Shown: piece by piece, positions 40,787-51,286 of the stretch | How positions within the stretch are numbered: the stretch's first letter is position 1 | Layout: every line of letters starts with the position of its first letter | Source: Thermodesulfobacteriota bacterium | GTDB taxonomy: Bacteria > Desulfobacterota_D > UBA1144 > Nemesobacterales > Nemesobacteraceae | Assembly: GCA_965202785.1 (NCBI GenBank) | Contig: OZ241855.1 | Span: forward strand, 1,344,001-1,408,000 | Reading direction: 5' to 3' | Length of the DNA: 64,000 bases | Translations under genes and position numbers: made by a program | Notes under the pieces: model-generated | What the model saw: only the letters and a program-made list of their open reading frames with translations | What the model was told of the DNA's origin: nothing | Databases searched by the model: none

Positions 40787-43645
40787 TCAGATATCCCTGT
40801 GCCAGGTTATGCCGCTTTCCTCATTCCCTTCCACTACTTTGTCTATGCTGAACGCCTGTTTTACAAGCAGGTCCTGATTGTATTTGTGCATGGAGGAAAG
40901 TCCCTCGGAAGGGCTTGAGTAGCGCTTTCTTCCTATATAGCTGAGTGGAAGCCGTTTCTTGATGATTTTTCTTCTGAAAAAAGGCAGCATGTATTTCCAA
41001 GCTCCTGCGTTCTGGGGTTCTTCCTGTACCCAGACCACCTCTTCAAGTTTACCATACCTCTCCAAAACGGCGCTTACCTCTTCCTTGGGCCTCGGGTAGA
41101 GCTGCTCGATTCTGGCTATTGCAACGTCGGGCGATTTGGCCCTGAGTTCGCTTGAGATGAGGTCAATGTATACTTTGCCGCTGCAGAATATGAGCCTTCT
41201 TACTTTTTTCGCCTGTCGGGTGCTCATGGGGTCGTCAATTACCGGGAACCATTTTCCTTCGGACAGATCCTTGAGGGATGAGTTTATCATCGGGTTTCGA
41301 AGAAGTCCCTTGGGAGTCATGACAACCAGGGGAAGGGGATCTTTTCCGAGCAGCAGGGCCTGGCGGCGAAGCACGTGGAAAAACTGCGCCGAAGTGGTGC
41401 AGTTTACTATCCTTATATTGTATTCGGCGGCCGACATGAGAAACCTTTCAAGCCTTCCGCTCGAGTGATCAGGTCCCTGCCCCTCGTAGGCGTGGGGTAG
41501 CAGCAGGACCAGGGACGGGGTCTGCCCCCATTTCGCCCTTGCCGATACGAGATATTCGTCCACTATGGTCTGAGCCCCGTTTATGAAATCTCCATACTGA
41601 GCTTCCCATATTACAAGGCAGTTTGTTCTCTCGATACAGTATCCGTACTCAAAACCCAGGCAGGCGTTTTCGCTGAGCGGGCTGTTTTTTATCTCAACCG
41701 CCGCTTTCGCCTGCGGGATTCTCTGCAGGGGAATATGAATTGCGCCGGTCTCAGAGTCGTGGAGCACCGCGTGGCGATGGCTGAAAGTACCCCTCTCGCA
41801 ATCCTGTCCGGTTATCCTGATGGGAATGCCTTGTGCGACTATGGAGGCGTAGGCCAGTTCTTCCGCCATGGCCCAGTCAATTATTTTTTCTTTCGGGTCG
41901 TCGAGAACGTTTTTTCTTCTGTCGCGTATCCTGGCGATTTTTGAATTTACCGTGAACCCTTCGGGAACCGAGAGAAGGGAGTCGTTTAGCTCGCGCAGGG
42001 ATTCGTCGGAAACCTTGGTCACCGTTTTTTTCGCTATTCCGCGTTCCGGGGATGGTGCCGTCGATTCCTCTGGGGAGTCGTCAGGGGAGATCGATTCGAA
42101 TTCCTCGGCAATCTTCTTGATATGTTCTTCCTTTAGCTGCTCTACCTGTTTTTCCGAGACGGTGCCTTTTTCTATAAGTTTTTCCGCCCAGATGCTCATA
42201 ACCCGGGGATGACTGTCTATCTTCTTGTATATCATGGGCTGGGTGAATCCCGGTTCGTCCGCCTCGTTGTGTCCGTACCTTCTGTAACCAACAAGGTCTA
42301 TTAGGAAATGTTTTTCGAACTTGGATGTGTAGCCGAAGGCCATGCGTATTGACTCTATGCAGGCAACCGGGTCATCCGCGTTTACGTGGACAATAGGTAT
42401 TTCGAATCCCTTGGCAAGATCGCTTGCGTAAAGCGTGCTTCTGCTGTCGGTGGGAAGAGTTGTGTAGCCGAGCTGGTTGTTGGTGATTATGTGTATCGTT
42501 CCGCCGGTGTGGTAGCCTGAAAGAGCGGAGAGGTTAAGCGTTTCCGCGTTTATTCCCTGTCCCATGAATGCCGAATCTCCATGAATCTGTACCGGGATTA
42601 CCGCCGATGGGTCAAATTGCGGAGAACCTGGCGTATCGTCGCTTATCCCACATGCTCTCGACATTCCCTGCACTACAGGATTTACCGATTCCAAGTGGCT
42701 CGGATTGGGAACCATGGTTATCCTCATGTTGCGGTCGAGCATGTCTCCCGTCGGGATATCGCGTTTTACAGCCTCGTGGTACTTCACGTCTCCCGTCCAT
42801 CCCATGTCGTCGGCAAAATCCCTTACCAGAACAGGGTCCTTGAACTTAAGAAGCGTGTACTTGTAGTTTTTCTCCATCACGTGGTGCATGACGTTCAGCC
42901 TTCCGCGATGGGCCATTCCGAGAATTATCTGGTGTATGTCGGCTTTGATGGCGAGATGTATAAGTTCATTCAGCATCGGCACAAGCATGTCGACGCCTTC
43001 TATCGAGAACCTGAATTTTCCGGGAAAGATTCTGTGGAGGAAGTTCTCGAACACCTCCACTTTGGTGAGGGTATCAAGAAGTTCCGCCTCGTTAACGGGA
43101 TTTAGGGGAGGGCGGTAAACGCCTGATTCTATAGCGCCCCTCATCCACCTTCTCTCCTCGGCTTCATAGATGTGGTCGTAGTTGTATCCCGTGGTGGACG
43201 AGTAGATTTTCCTCAGCTTTCTTATTCCGTCAAGCGCGTCAAGTGAGTTCTGCGCAAGGGGCCACCCTACAAGTGTTGAAGGAAAGTCCCTTAACTCTTC
43301 CTCGTCAAGACCGAACGTTTCGGCGTGCAAGGTGAGATCTCCGTGAACGGGCCCCCCGAGAGGGTCTATTCTGCTTGCCAGGTGGCCGTGTCGTCTTATC
43401 GCCTGGGCCATGTTCGCGATCGCAACGGCCTTGGTTACGTCCCTTACGGTCGATTGATTGAAACCGTTTGTCTCGATCTCAGGTTCTATTTCAACCCTGA
43501 GGGATGAGTATTTGGTATCGGGCTTCCATCCCTTGAAGATGGTTTTCGTCGCGGGATCGACTGATGAGGAATCTCTTACGTAACGTTCGTAGAGATCCAT
43601 TACGTAACCTGAATTGAGCCCGTGAAAGTTTTTCCAGATGTCCAT
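40787..43645 (-). CDS. sucA: 2-oxoglutarate dehydrogenase E1
   Basis: [51 protein letters not shown]. Confidence 0.96.
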   Translation of the reverse strand: MDIWKNFHGLNSGYVMDLYERYVRDSSSVDPATKTIFKGWKPDTKYSSLRVEIEPEIETNGFNQSTVRDVTKAVAIANMAQAIRRHGHLASRIDPLGGPVHGDLTLHAETFGLDEEELRDFPSTLVGWPLAQNSLDALDGIRKLRKIYSSTTGYNYDHIYEAEERRWMRGAIESGVYRPPLNPVNEAELLDTLTKVEVFENFLHRIFPGKFRFSIEGVDMLVPMLNELIHLAIKADIHQIILGMAHRGRLNVMHHVMEKNYKYTLLKFKDPVLVRDFADDMGWTGDVKYHEAVKRDIPTGDMLDRNMRITMVPNPSHLESVNPVVQGMSRACGISDDTPGSPQFDPSAVIPVQIHGDSAFMGQGINAETLNLSALSGYHTGGTIHIITNNQLGYTTLPTDSRSTLYASDLAKGFEIPIVHVNADDPVACIESIRMAFGYTSKFEKHFLIDLVGYRRYGHNEADEPGFTQPMIYKKIDSHPRVMSIWAEKLIEKGTVSEKQVEQLKEEHIKKIAEEFESISPDDSPEESTAPSPERGIAKKTVTKVSDESLRELNDSLLSVPEGFTVNSKIARIRDRRKNVLDDPKEKIIDWAMAEELAYASIVAQGIPIRITGQDCERGTFSHRHAVLHDSETGAIHIPLQRIPQAKAAVEIKNSPLSENACLGFEYGYCIERTNCLVIWEAQYGDFINGAQTIVDEYLVSARAKWGQTPSLVLLLPHAYEGQGPDHSSGRLERFLMSAAEYNIRIVNCTTSAQFFHVLRRQALLLGKDPLPLVVMTPKGLLRNPMINSSLKDLSEGKWFPVIDDPMSTRQAKKVRRLIFCSGKVYIDLISSELRAKSPDVAIARIEQLYPRPKEEVSAVLERYGKLEEVVWVQEEPQNAGAWKYMLPFFRRKIIKKRLPLSYIGRKRYSSPSEGLSSMHKYNQDLLVKQAFSIDKVVEGNEESGITWHRDI

Positions 43646-43870
43646 GCACCTTCCTCGGAATCACGCAATAGAGGATTTTAACTGACTGAAAGCCTCAAAT
43701 CCGCTATTCACAACACAACCGCCTGCTCTGGACGGTAACCGCGCATAGAATCATAGCATAAAAAAATATAAAGCAAACAGGGATTTCTGGGACCTTGTCA
43801 AAATGACGCAATAATGATTCTAACCGGCGTACGAAGCAGTCTCATGTTCTTTGCAGTTTTTGTCTGAAAG

Positions 43871-45667
43871 TCAGTCTTCCGGCTTTTTGGCTATGGATCT
43901 TATTCCCGCTTCAAGAAGCTGTTCGGGAGAAACCTCAGAAGGCGCTTCCGTCAGGGGACAGGAACCTTTCTGCGTTTTTGGGAAAGCTATTACGTCTCTT
44001 ATCGACTCTCCGCCCGAGAGTAGCATCAAAAGCCTGTCAAGGCCGAGTGCTATGCCTCCATGGGGAGGAGCTCCGAATTCGAGGGCCTCAAGGAGAAAAC
44101 CGAATTTTTCCCGCGCTTCGTCCTCTCCGATTCCTATGACGTCAAACACTTTTTGCTGTATGTCTTTTCTGTGAATCCTTATGCTCCCCCCACCTATCTC
44201 TACCCCGTTTAAGACTATATCGTAAGATTTTGAAGCCGCGTCGCCTGGGGAATCCTCGATTTTCTCCACGTCCTCATCCTTTGGGGCTGTAAAAGGGTGG
44301 TGGACGGCGACGTACCTTTTGTCTCTGGGGCTGTACTTAAGAAGCGGGAAATCAACTACCCAGAGAAATTCAAGTTTTTCTTCGTTAACAAGTGAGAGAA
44401 TTTCACCGAGTCTTAGCCTTACGTTTGACATCACCTGGTTTACCGTCTCAACAGAGTCCGCGCCGAAAAACACTATGTCTCCAGCTTCCATCGAAAGAGT
44501 TTCGGCTAAAAGCCCGCATTCCCCCTCGCTTAGAAACTTAACTATGGGAGAGTTCCATCCGTCCTCGCCGACTCTTATCCAGGCAAGTCCCTTTGCTCCG
44601 AGAGAAACCGCGTATTCGGTAAGATCGTCTATTTCTTTCCTGGTAAGCTTCTCGGCCCCGCCCTTGAGATTAAGCGCCTTTATCGTCCCACCTTTCTCCA
44701 GGGCTCCGCGAAATACCTTGAATTCGGAATCTTTGAATATGGAAGAGATGTCTTTTAGTTCGAGACCGTACCTTGTATCGGGGCAGTCGGTTCCGTATCT
44801 CTCCATGGCTTCTTCATAGGGCATTCTCAAAAAAGGAATGCTGACGTCAATTCCTTTTGTCTCCTGAAGGACCGTTTTTATCATGCCTTCAACCGTTGAG
44901 ATCACGTCGTCTTCCGAGACAAATGACATCTCCATGTCTATCTGGGTGAACTCGGGCTGGCGGTCCGCTCTTAAGTCCTCGTCCCTGAAGCATTTCACTA
45001 TCTGGTAGTATCTGTCAAAACCCGAGATCATGAGGGTCTGTTTTAGTGTCTGGGGAGACTGGGGAAGCGCGTAGAACTGACCTTCGTTAAGCCGGCTCGG
45101 AACTAGAAAGTCCCTTGCGCCTTCAGGCGTCGATTTCGTGAAATAGGGGGTTTCGATCTCAAGAAACCCGTTTTCACTAAGGTAGCTTCGCACTGCGGCG
45201 GAGACTTTGTGACGAAAGATTATGTTGTCCCGCATTGGCGGTCTTCGCAGGTCAAGGTAGCGGTACTTAAGCCTGAGAAGCTCGTCGGCGTTCACTTCGT
45301 TTTCTATTAGAAACGGTATTACCTTTGATGTGTTAAGGATCCTTATCTGCTCTGCCACTACCTCGATCTCGCCGGTTTTGAGGTTCGGGTTTACCGTTTC
45401 CTCGGTCCGGGGAGTTACAGTTCCTTTTACGGCGATTACCCATTCATCTCGCAACTGTTCAGCGGTCTGGTGGATCTTCGGGTCGTGCTCAGGGTTAAAA
45501 ACGATCTGGCAGAGACCTTCCTTATCGCGCAGGTCAACGAAAATTACCCCGCCGTGGTCTCTTCGGGACTGTACCCAGCCCATCAGGGTAACGGAGCGGT
45601 CAACGTGTTTTTTCCCAAGCTCCCCGCAGAAATTCGATCTTTTCCACTCTCCCATAAGTTCGAGCAT
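43871..45667 (-). CDS. aspS: Aspartate--tRNA ligase
   Basis: RRDHGGVIFVDLRD, STPEGARDF, LPQSPQ, FRDEDLRADRQPEF, GAPPHGGIALGLDR. Confidence 0.97.
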   Translation of the reverse strand: MLELMGEWKRSNFCGELGKKHVDRSVTLMGWVQSRRDHGGVIFVDLRDKEGLCQIVFNPEHDPKIHQTAEQLRDEWVIAVKGTVTPRTEETVNPNLKTGEIEVVAEQIRILNTSKVIPFLIENEVNADELLRLKYRYLDLRRPPMRDNIIFRHKVSAAVRSYLSENGFLEIETPYFTKSTPEGARDFLVPSRLNEGQFYALPQSPQTLKQTLMISGFDRYYQIVKCFRDEDLRADRQPEFTQIDMEMSFVSEDDVISTVEGMIKTVLQETKGIDVSIPFLRMPYEEAMERYGTDCPDTRYGLELKDISSIFKDSEFKVFRGALEKGGTIKALNLKGGAEKLTRKEIDDLTEYAVSLGAKGLAWIRVGEDGWNSPIVKFLSEGECGLLAETLSMEAGDIVFFGADSVETVNQVMSNVRLRLGEILSLVNEEKLEFLWVVDFPLLKYSPRDKRYVAVHHPFTAPKDEDVEKIEDSPGDAASKSYDIVLNGVEIGGGSIRIHRKDIQQKVFDVIGIGEDEAREKFGFLLEALEFGAPPHGGIALGLDRLLMLLSGGESIRDVIAFPKTQKGSCPLTEAPSEVSPEQLLEAGIRSIAKKPED

Positions 45668-45921
45668 TTATTCAGGATTCTCCCGGCAAAGAAGGATTGG
45701 CTAATCATACTAGATTGATTTGCATTGGCAAGGTTTTCGCGCTACTTGAAAGGAGGAACAGGGCGTGATTCTTTGTTTCGTATTTCCAGCCAGCGAAGAT
45801 GCGGCGTCGGACCTTCTCTACGCATTTTTTCTATTTGTTTTTTCTTTCTTTTTTACATACGATTTTAGTTCGGAAGGTCGGAAGTTTTCTCCGGCAATAA
45901 AATCCCGAGGAGTTTTGATTA

Positions 45922-46695
45922 ATGAAAAAAGAGCTTGTCTGTAAAAGAAATCTGTTTTTCGCGGCCGCGGTCTGTCTTGTTTTTCTTGTAAACGGCTGCG
46001 CGGCCACCAGAACCCTTATCGAGAAAAGGAAACTCACCGTTGAGACCAAGATGTCGGAGACGATTTTTCTTGAACCGGTGTCGCCCGAAGAAAGAGTGGT
46101 TTACGTCGATATAAAAAATACGACCGACAAGGAACTGCCCGGAATTGAATATGGAATCAAAGGGAGAATAGCTTCTAACGGTTACAGGATCACGGAAGAC
46201 CCGGCCGAGGCGACTTTCATTCTCCAAGCTAACATTCTGAATGTCGGAAAGTCTGATCTTGAGGAGACGAATGCTATGCTTGGAGAGGGTTATCAGGGCG
46301 TGATCGAAGGCGCCGTTCTTGGAGGAGTAATAGGCGGGGCCATAGGCGGCGACGTTGATGAAATTAACAAGGGCACTGTTGCGGGAGCTATTGCGGGCGG
46401 AGTTGCGGGCTTTTTATTCGATGCGCTTGTAACTGATGATCTTTTCACCATGGTTACCGACATTCAGATTAGCGAGCGTGCTGGGGAAGGGGAGCTCGTT
46501 TATCGGACTGAAGATACGGATGCGTCACAGGGCACCGCGACGCGGACCAAGCAGACTTCGCATGTCGACGATATCAAGTGGAAAATTTACAGGACCAGAA
46601 TCATTAGCGTTGCCAACAAAGCTAATCTTGACTTTGAGGAAGCAAAACCCCATCTCCAGGCGGGTCTTGTGAGATCCATAGGCGGGATTTTCTGA
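45922..46695 (+). CDS. traT: TraT family complement-resistance/surface-exclusion lipoprotein
   Basis: Lipobox LVNGC; KRKL.VETKMSETIFLEP..KNTTDK resembles the F-plasmid TraT N-terminus; Gly zipper; TDIQISER; ANKANL. Confidence 0.85.
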   Translation: MKKELVCKRNLFFAAAVCLVFLVNGCAATRTLIEKRKLTVETKMSETIFLEPVSPEERVVYVDIKNTTDKELPGIEYGIKGRIASNGYRITEDPAEATFILQANILNVGKSDLEETNAMLGEGYQGVIEGAVLGGVIGGAIGGDVDEINKGTVAGAIAGGVAGFLFDALVTDDLFTMVTDIQISERAGEGELVYRTEDTDASQGTATRTKQTSHVDDIKWKIYRTRIISVANKANLDFEEAKPHLQAGLVRSIGGIF

Positions 46696-46764
46696 GAGGC
46701 TCTACCTGTTTAATAGAAAGAAGTTAAAACCAGATAAGACTTGTGTGGAAACAATAAACGAAGC

Positions 46765-48216
46765 CTAGTTTCTTGTTTGTTTGAGGATTGCCAAAGCACG
46801 ATTTCGAGCCGTCATATGATCTACCATAGGAAACGGGTAGTCGTTTCCTATGGAGTCCCCCGAGTCTTTAAGTATATCTTTCGGTGCAATCCAAGGCTGG
46901 TGAATGTATTTGTTCGGTAAATTCTCAAGTTCAGGAACCCAGCGCCGCACATAAGTGCCGTCGGGGTCGAATTTCTGACCCTGAAGAATCGGATTAAAAA
47001 TTCGAAAAAACGGAGCTGCATCGACCCCGCAGCCCGCGACCCACTGCCAACTTACTGAATTGTTAGCAAGGTCCGCGTCGACCAAAGTATCCCAGAACCA
47101 TGCGGCGCCGTCCTGCCATGGGATAAGAAGATGTTTCACAAGAAAAGAAGCGGCGATCATTCGTACCCGGTTGTGCATCCAGCCCGTTGCCCAGAGTTCG
47201 CGCATCCCTGCGTCAACTATTGGGTAGCCTGTGAGCCCGAGTTGCCATTGGTGTAGTGCTTTTTCGTCCCTTATCCACGGAAAGCGTCTGAATTCCTGTC
47301 GGAACGGTTCTTCAGGGAAATTTGGCCAGTAGTAAAGCAGGTGGTGCGAGAATTCCCGCCATACAATCTGGCGAAAAAAGGGTTTCAGGTCATCTTGCAA
47401 TTCAGGTTCTACCTTTGCAAGCGAGTGATCCCAGCATATCCTTGGAGATACCTCGCCGAAATGAAGATGGGGAGAAAGCTTGGAAGTTCCTAAGATGTCG
47501 GGACGGTCGCGTTGCGTTCCGTATGCAGTTGCCGACTGTTCCAGAAATGAATCGAAGCGCGCGAGGGCTCCTGTTTCACCCGGTGTCCACATATCAAGCC
47601 ATCCGGCACTCCAGTCGGGTTTCTTCGACACCAGCTTCCACTGGTTAAGTGAATCACTCCTGATAGGTTCTTTCATGCATGGAAGCTTTTTTGGCGCAGG
47701 CAGGGGCGCAGGCGGTGGAAACTTTTTCAAGCAGGCTTTATAGAAGGGGGTAAACACCTTGTAGGGTTCGCCGTTTTTTGTCGTAATGGATTCGGGCGGA
47801 AAAATCAGATTCCCGTCAAGTGCCCTGAATCCGATTCCGAGTTCGTTAAGAATATGCTTCAGTTCTGAATCGACCTTGATCGCGCGCGGTTCTGTAAGCG
47901 AAGTGCAGTATACCGCCGTGGCACTGGTTTCGGTTACCAATTCCCGCAGAACCTCCTGCGGTCGACCGCGGCGCAGGATTAGCCTGTTTCCAAGAGTCTT
48001 TAACGATTGGTCGAGTGCTTTGAGGCTGTGGTGAAGCCACCATTTGCTGGCGCCGCCGGGCGCCCAAGGGTCAGAATCGCCATCTTCAAGTATGTAAACG
48101 GCCAGCACAGGATGACCGGATTCAGCCGCACTTGAGAGTGCCGGATTGTCCGTGAGTCTCAAGTCTTTTCTGAACCAGTGAATAACCGGACGTATAGATT
48201 CCCTGTAGCGAGTCAT
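46765..48216 (-). CDS. phrB: Deoxyribodipyrimidine photolyase (CPD class I/III)
   Basis: WFRKDLRLTDNPAL, TSKLSPHLHFGE, TGYPIVDAGMREL..TGWMHNRVRM, DADLANN, RIFNP. Confidence 0.93.
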   Translation of the reverse strand: MTRYRESIRPVIHWFRKDLRLTDNPALSSAAESGHPVLAVYILEDGDSDPWAPGGASKWWLHHSLKALDQSLKTLGNRLILRRGRPQEVLRELVTETSATAVYCTSLTEPRAIKVDSELKHILNELGIGFRALDGNLIFPPESITTKNGEPYKVFTPFYKACLKKFPPPAPLPAPKKLPCMKEPIRSDSLNQWKLVSKKPDWSAGWLDMWTPGETGALARFDSFLEQSATAYGTQRDRPDILGTSKLSPHLHFGEVSPRICWDHSLAKVEPELQDDLKPFFRQIVWREFSHHLLYYWPNFPEEPFRQEFRRFPWIRDEKALHQWQLGLTGYPIVDAGMRELWATGWMHNRVRMIAASFLVKHLLIPWQDGAAWFWDTLVDADLANNSVSWQWVAGCGVDAAPFFRIFNPILQGQKFDPDGTYVRRWVPELENLPNKYIHQPWIAPKDILKDSGDSIGNDYPFPMVDHMTARNRALAILKQTRN

Positions 48217-48333
48217 GTTATTACCTGCCCGGACCCGTTGCTGTTTTTACCGGCGCATGGGCTTTTGTGTTAAAGTTTGCGGTAAATTATACTGGGAAGA
48301 GCGGAATAGTTTGCTTAACAGAGGTAGTTTTAC

Positions 48334-49239
48334 ATGCCGGATGAGCATTTAAGAGAGAACTTCAGATCGGGATTTATCTCCGTGGTTGGACGGCCCAACG
48401 TGGGCAAGTCCACTCTTGTAAACTCGATTGTCGGAGAAAAAGTTTCGGCCGTTTCGGATAAGCCGAGTACTACCAGGAACAGAATTCTGGGAGTAAGGAC
48501 TTTTGATGATTCGCAGCTGGTTTTTCTTGATACCCCGGGTGTTTACAGGGAGAAAAGCAGGCTTGGAAAATCCATGGCCCGAGCGGTAAGCGGGGCTCTT
48601 TCGGACGCTGATCTGGTGGCGTTTGTTACGGATGTCGAAAAGCCTTTCGGAGCGGCTGATGAATCCATACTGAAAATGCTCAGGAAACCTTCCTTGTTTG
48701 TCGTAAACAAGATCGACAAGATAAAAAAATCAAAGCTCCTGTCGATACTTTCAGCTGCCGAGAGATTCTCTGAGAAGTTCCTCGAAATAGTTCCCATCTC
48801 GGCTCTTACGGGCGACGGGGTGGAGCGGCTCACGCAGCTTCTCAAAAAACACCTGCCCGAAGGGCCGAAATATTTCCCCGACGATATTTTCACGGATCAA
48901 CCTGAGATTTTCTACGTAAGCGAACTCATAAGGGAGAAGGTTTTCAATCTCACGCGAAAGGAAATTCCCTATAAAGTGGCGGTGGTGGTCTCGGGATTCA
49001 GCGAGGACACGGAGCGGAACCTGATCAGAATAAGTGCGGAGATCTATGTCGAGAGAAAAAGTCATAAGGGGATTCTCATAGGAAAGGGCGGGGGAATGCT
49101 AAAACGAATCGGTTCTGAGGCCAGGGTTGATATTGAAAGGGTACTGGGAGTTAAGCTGTTTCTGGAGCTTTGGGTTAAAGTCAAAGAGAACTGGACCCAG
49201 AGCGATTTCCTGATAAAGGAATTCGGTTACGGAAACTGA
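48334..49239 (+). CDS. era: GTPase Era
   Basis: GRPNVGKST, DTPG, NKID, KH domain GILIGKGG. Confidence 0.96.
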   Translation: MPDEHLRENFRSGFISVVGRPNVGKSTLVNSIVGEKVSAVSDKPSTTRNRILGVRTFDDSQLVFLDTPGVYREKSRLGKSMARAVSGALSDADLVAFVTDVEKPFGAADESILKMLRKPSLFVVNKIDKIKKSKLLSILSAAERFSEKFLEIVPISALTGDGVERLTQLLKKHLPEGPKYFPDDIFTDQPEIFYVSELIREKVFNLTRKEIPYKVAVVVSGFSEDTERNLIRISAEIYVERKSHKGILIGKGGGMLKRIGSEARVDIERVLGVKLFLELWVKVKENWTQSDFLIKEFGYGN

Positions 49240-49252
49240 ACCCCAGGAGTTT

Positions 49253-50038
49253 TTATTCTCCCTTGAAAACCGGTTTTCTCTTTTCAAGAAAAGCTTTTTT
49301 CCCTTCCTTGGAGTCGCTGCTTTCCCTCACCTTGGCAAAAAGGGATCTTATGAGTTCTTCATTTTCTTCCGATAGCGCCCCCCCTTGTTCCCAGATGTTT
49401 ATCATCTTTTTCATCGATATCATGGAAAGCGGGGCGTTTTCGCTTATTCCCTCGGCAAGCCCATAAGTGAACTCTTCAAGCTTGTCTCTTTTTACGACGT
49501 GGTCGACAAGTCCTTTCTCCAGAGCTCTTTCGGCATTAACTGGGTTTCCGGTGAGAAAGAGTTCCCTTGTAAAACCGGGACCCACCAGGTTCAGGAATTG
49601 TTTTATCCCGCTGTAATGATAAGTGACTCCCAGTTTTACGGGCGGGATTGCGAGTTTCGCGTCGTCGACGCATATTCTTAGGTCGCAGGTCACTGCGAGT
49701 TCGAGTCCCGCCCCGAAAGCATGACCGTTTATCATTGCTATTACGGGAAGAGGGTAGGACTTGACCGCCCGCATGGCTTCGGTCAGAGGATGGCCGTTTT
49801 CTATCGCGATTTCTTCCTCGGATATTGCGGCTATATCATATCCTGAGCAGAAAGCTCTATCCCCGCTTCCTTTTATAACAACACATCTGATTTCAGTGGT
49901 TTTTTCTAGCCTTAGAAATTCCTCGGTTAAAAGTCCTAGAATTTCTGGGGTAAGGGAGTTTCTTTTCTCAGGGCGGTTGATAGTGAGGGTGCAGATTGAA
50001 CCCTCGGTCTTTACGAGAATTTCTTTGTTTTCAGCCAT
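49253..50038 (-). CDS. Enoyl-CoA hydratase/isomerase family protein
   Basis: INRPEKRNSL, FCSGYDI, NGHAFGAG, AFLEKRKP; ATG 50038. Confidence 0.9.
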   Translation of the reverse strand: MAENKEILVKTEGSICTLTINRPEKRNSLTPEILGLLTEEFLRLEKTTEIRCVVIKGSGDRAFCSGYDIAAISEEEIAIENGHPLTEAMRAVKSYPLPVIAMINGHAFGAGLELAVTCDLRICVDDAKLAIPPVKLGVTYHYSGIKQFLNLVGPGFTRELFLTGNPVNAERALEKGLVDHVVKRDKLEEFTYGLAEGISENAPLSMISMKKMINIWEQGGALSEENEELIRSLFAKVRESSDSKEGKKAFLEKRKPVFKGE

Positions 50039-50177
50039 GGAGAGATTATATATTACCGAGGCTTGGTGTCTAAACAGCACCTAATCGCGGGGTAAGAGTC
50101 CAGAGAACCTGTTTTAAGTTATCGGGTGTAATTACAGAACAGCTGTCCGGTTATAATTTGCCAAAGAGGGAGGGTGT

Positions 50178-50711
50178 ATGAAAGAAAAAACCCCATCAAA
50201 TAAACGGACCTACAGGGTACTGTTTCTCTGCACGGGCAATTCTGCCCGTTCGATTATTGCCGAATCTCTTTTGAATCACAATAGCGGCGGAAAATTTGTC
50301 GGCCACAGTGCGGGCAGTCATCCTCGGGGAGAAGTTCACCCTCATGCCCTTGATCTGTTGCTCGGCAAGGGACACGACATTGAGAATCTGCGTTCCAAAT
50401 CTTGGGATGAGTTTGAGGTGGAGGATGTTCTCTCGATGGATTTTGTCTTTACGGTGTGTGACAACGCGGCGAATGAACCTTGTCCCGTGTGGCCGGGCAG
50501 ACCTGTGACGGCTCACTGGGGTCTTGCGGACCCCGCAGTCATTGAGGGAACTGAAAATGAGCAACGAAAAGCTTTCGAAAGAACCTACGACTTGCTCAAA
50601 GAGCGTATCGCTGCATTTCAGGCCCTTCCGCTTGACTCGCTTGACAGCGTGGAACTTCGTGAGAGACTTGAAAAGATAGGGCGCCGTGCATCTGGAACGG
50701 ACGGAGAATAG
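50178..50711 (+). CDS. arsC: Arsenate reductase, LMW-PTP fold
   Basis: FLCTGNSARS, SKSWDEF, TVCDNA..EPCPVWPG, HWGLADP. Confidence 0.88.
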   Translation: MKEKTPSNKRTYRVLFLCTGNSARSIIAESLLNHNSGGKFVGHSAGSHPRGEVHPHALDLLLGKGHDIENLRSKSWDEFEVEDVLSMDFVFTVCDNAANEPCPVWPGRPVTAHWGLADPAVIEGTENEQRKAFERTYDLLKERIAAFQALPLDSLDSVELRERLEKIGRRASGTDGE

Positions 50712-50786
50712 AGGCTTGTGCTTGAAGCGTTCCTGTCCGGCCACGGCATGAGGCCTGAATCGTTCTGACTCTCAGGCGGGAGCACT

Positions 50787-51260
50787 ATGACGAAACGAAA
50801 AACCCTGTATCTGGCTAATCCCTACGGCTTCTCCGCCCAGCAGCGCGAAGGGCCTCTGGCGGTTCTTGTTGAGGTTCTGGAATCGATGGGAGCCGAGGTA
50901 TGGGAGCCGTTTTCCCGGAATAATCAGGTTGATAGGGCGGTTGCCGGTTGGGCCTATCGGGTTGGACAGTCCGACCTTAGAGACGTGCGTGAGGCCGATG
51001 GATTGTTCGCGGTTGTCAATGGATGTCCGCCGGACGAAGGAGTTATGGTGGAACTGGGAATGGCTATTGCTTGGGGCAAACCCGTGTTTCTGTTCCGGGA
51101 CGACTTCCGCAGATGTACCGACAGCGAGGTCTATCCGCTCAACCTGATGCTGTTTGCCGGCATGCCTGAAAAGGGCTGGGAAGCTTACTTATATGGCTCT
51201 GTAGAAGAGATAACCGATCCGGACAAAGCGCTGGCGAGATGGCTTAAAGATGCGGACTGA
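50787..51260 (+). CDS. Nucleoside 2-deoxyribosyltransferase family protein
   Basis: YLANPYGFS, D.RDV..AD, DEGVMVELGMA.AWGKP. Confidence 0.85.
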   Translation: MTKRKTLYLANPYGFSAQQREGPLAVLVEVLESMGAEVWEPFSRNNQVDRAVAGWAYRVGQSDLRDVREADGLFAVVNGCPPDEGVMVELGMAIAWGKPVFLFRDDFRRCTDSEVYPLNLMLFAGMPEKGWEAYLYGSVEEITDPDKALARWLKDAD

Positions 51261-51286
51261 CTTTTAGGGCCAAGTCACCAGAAAAT

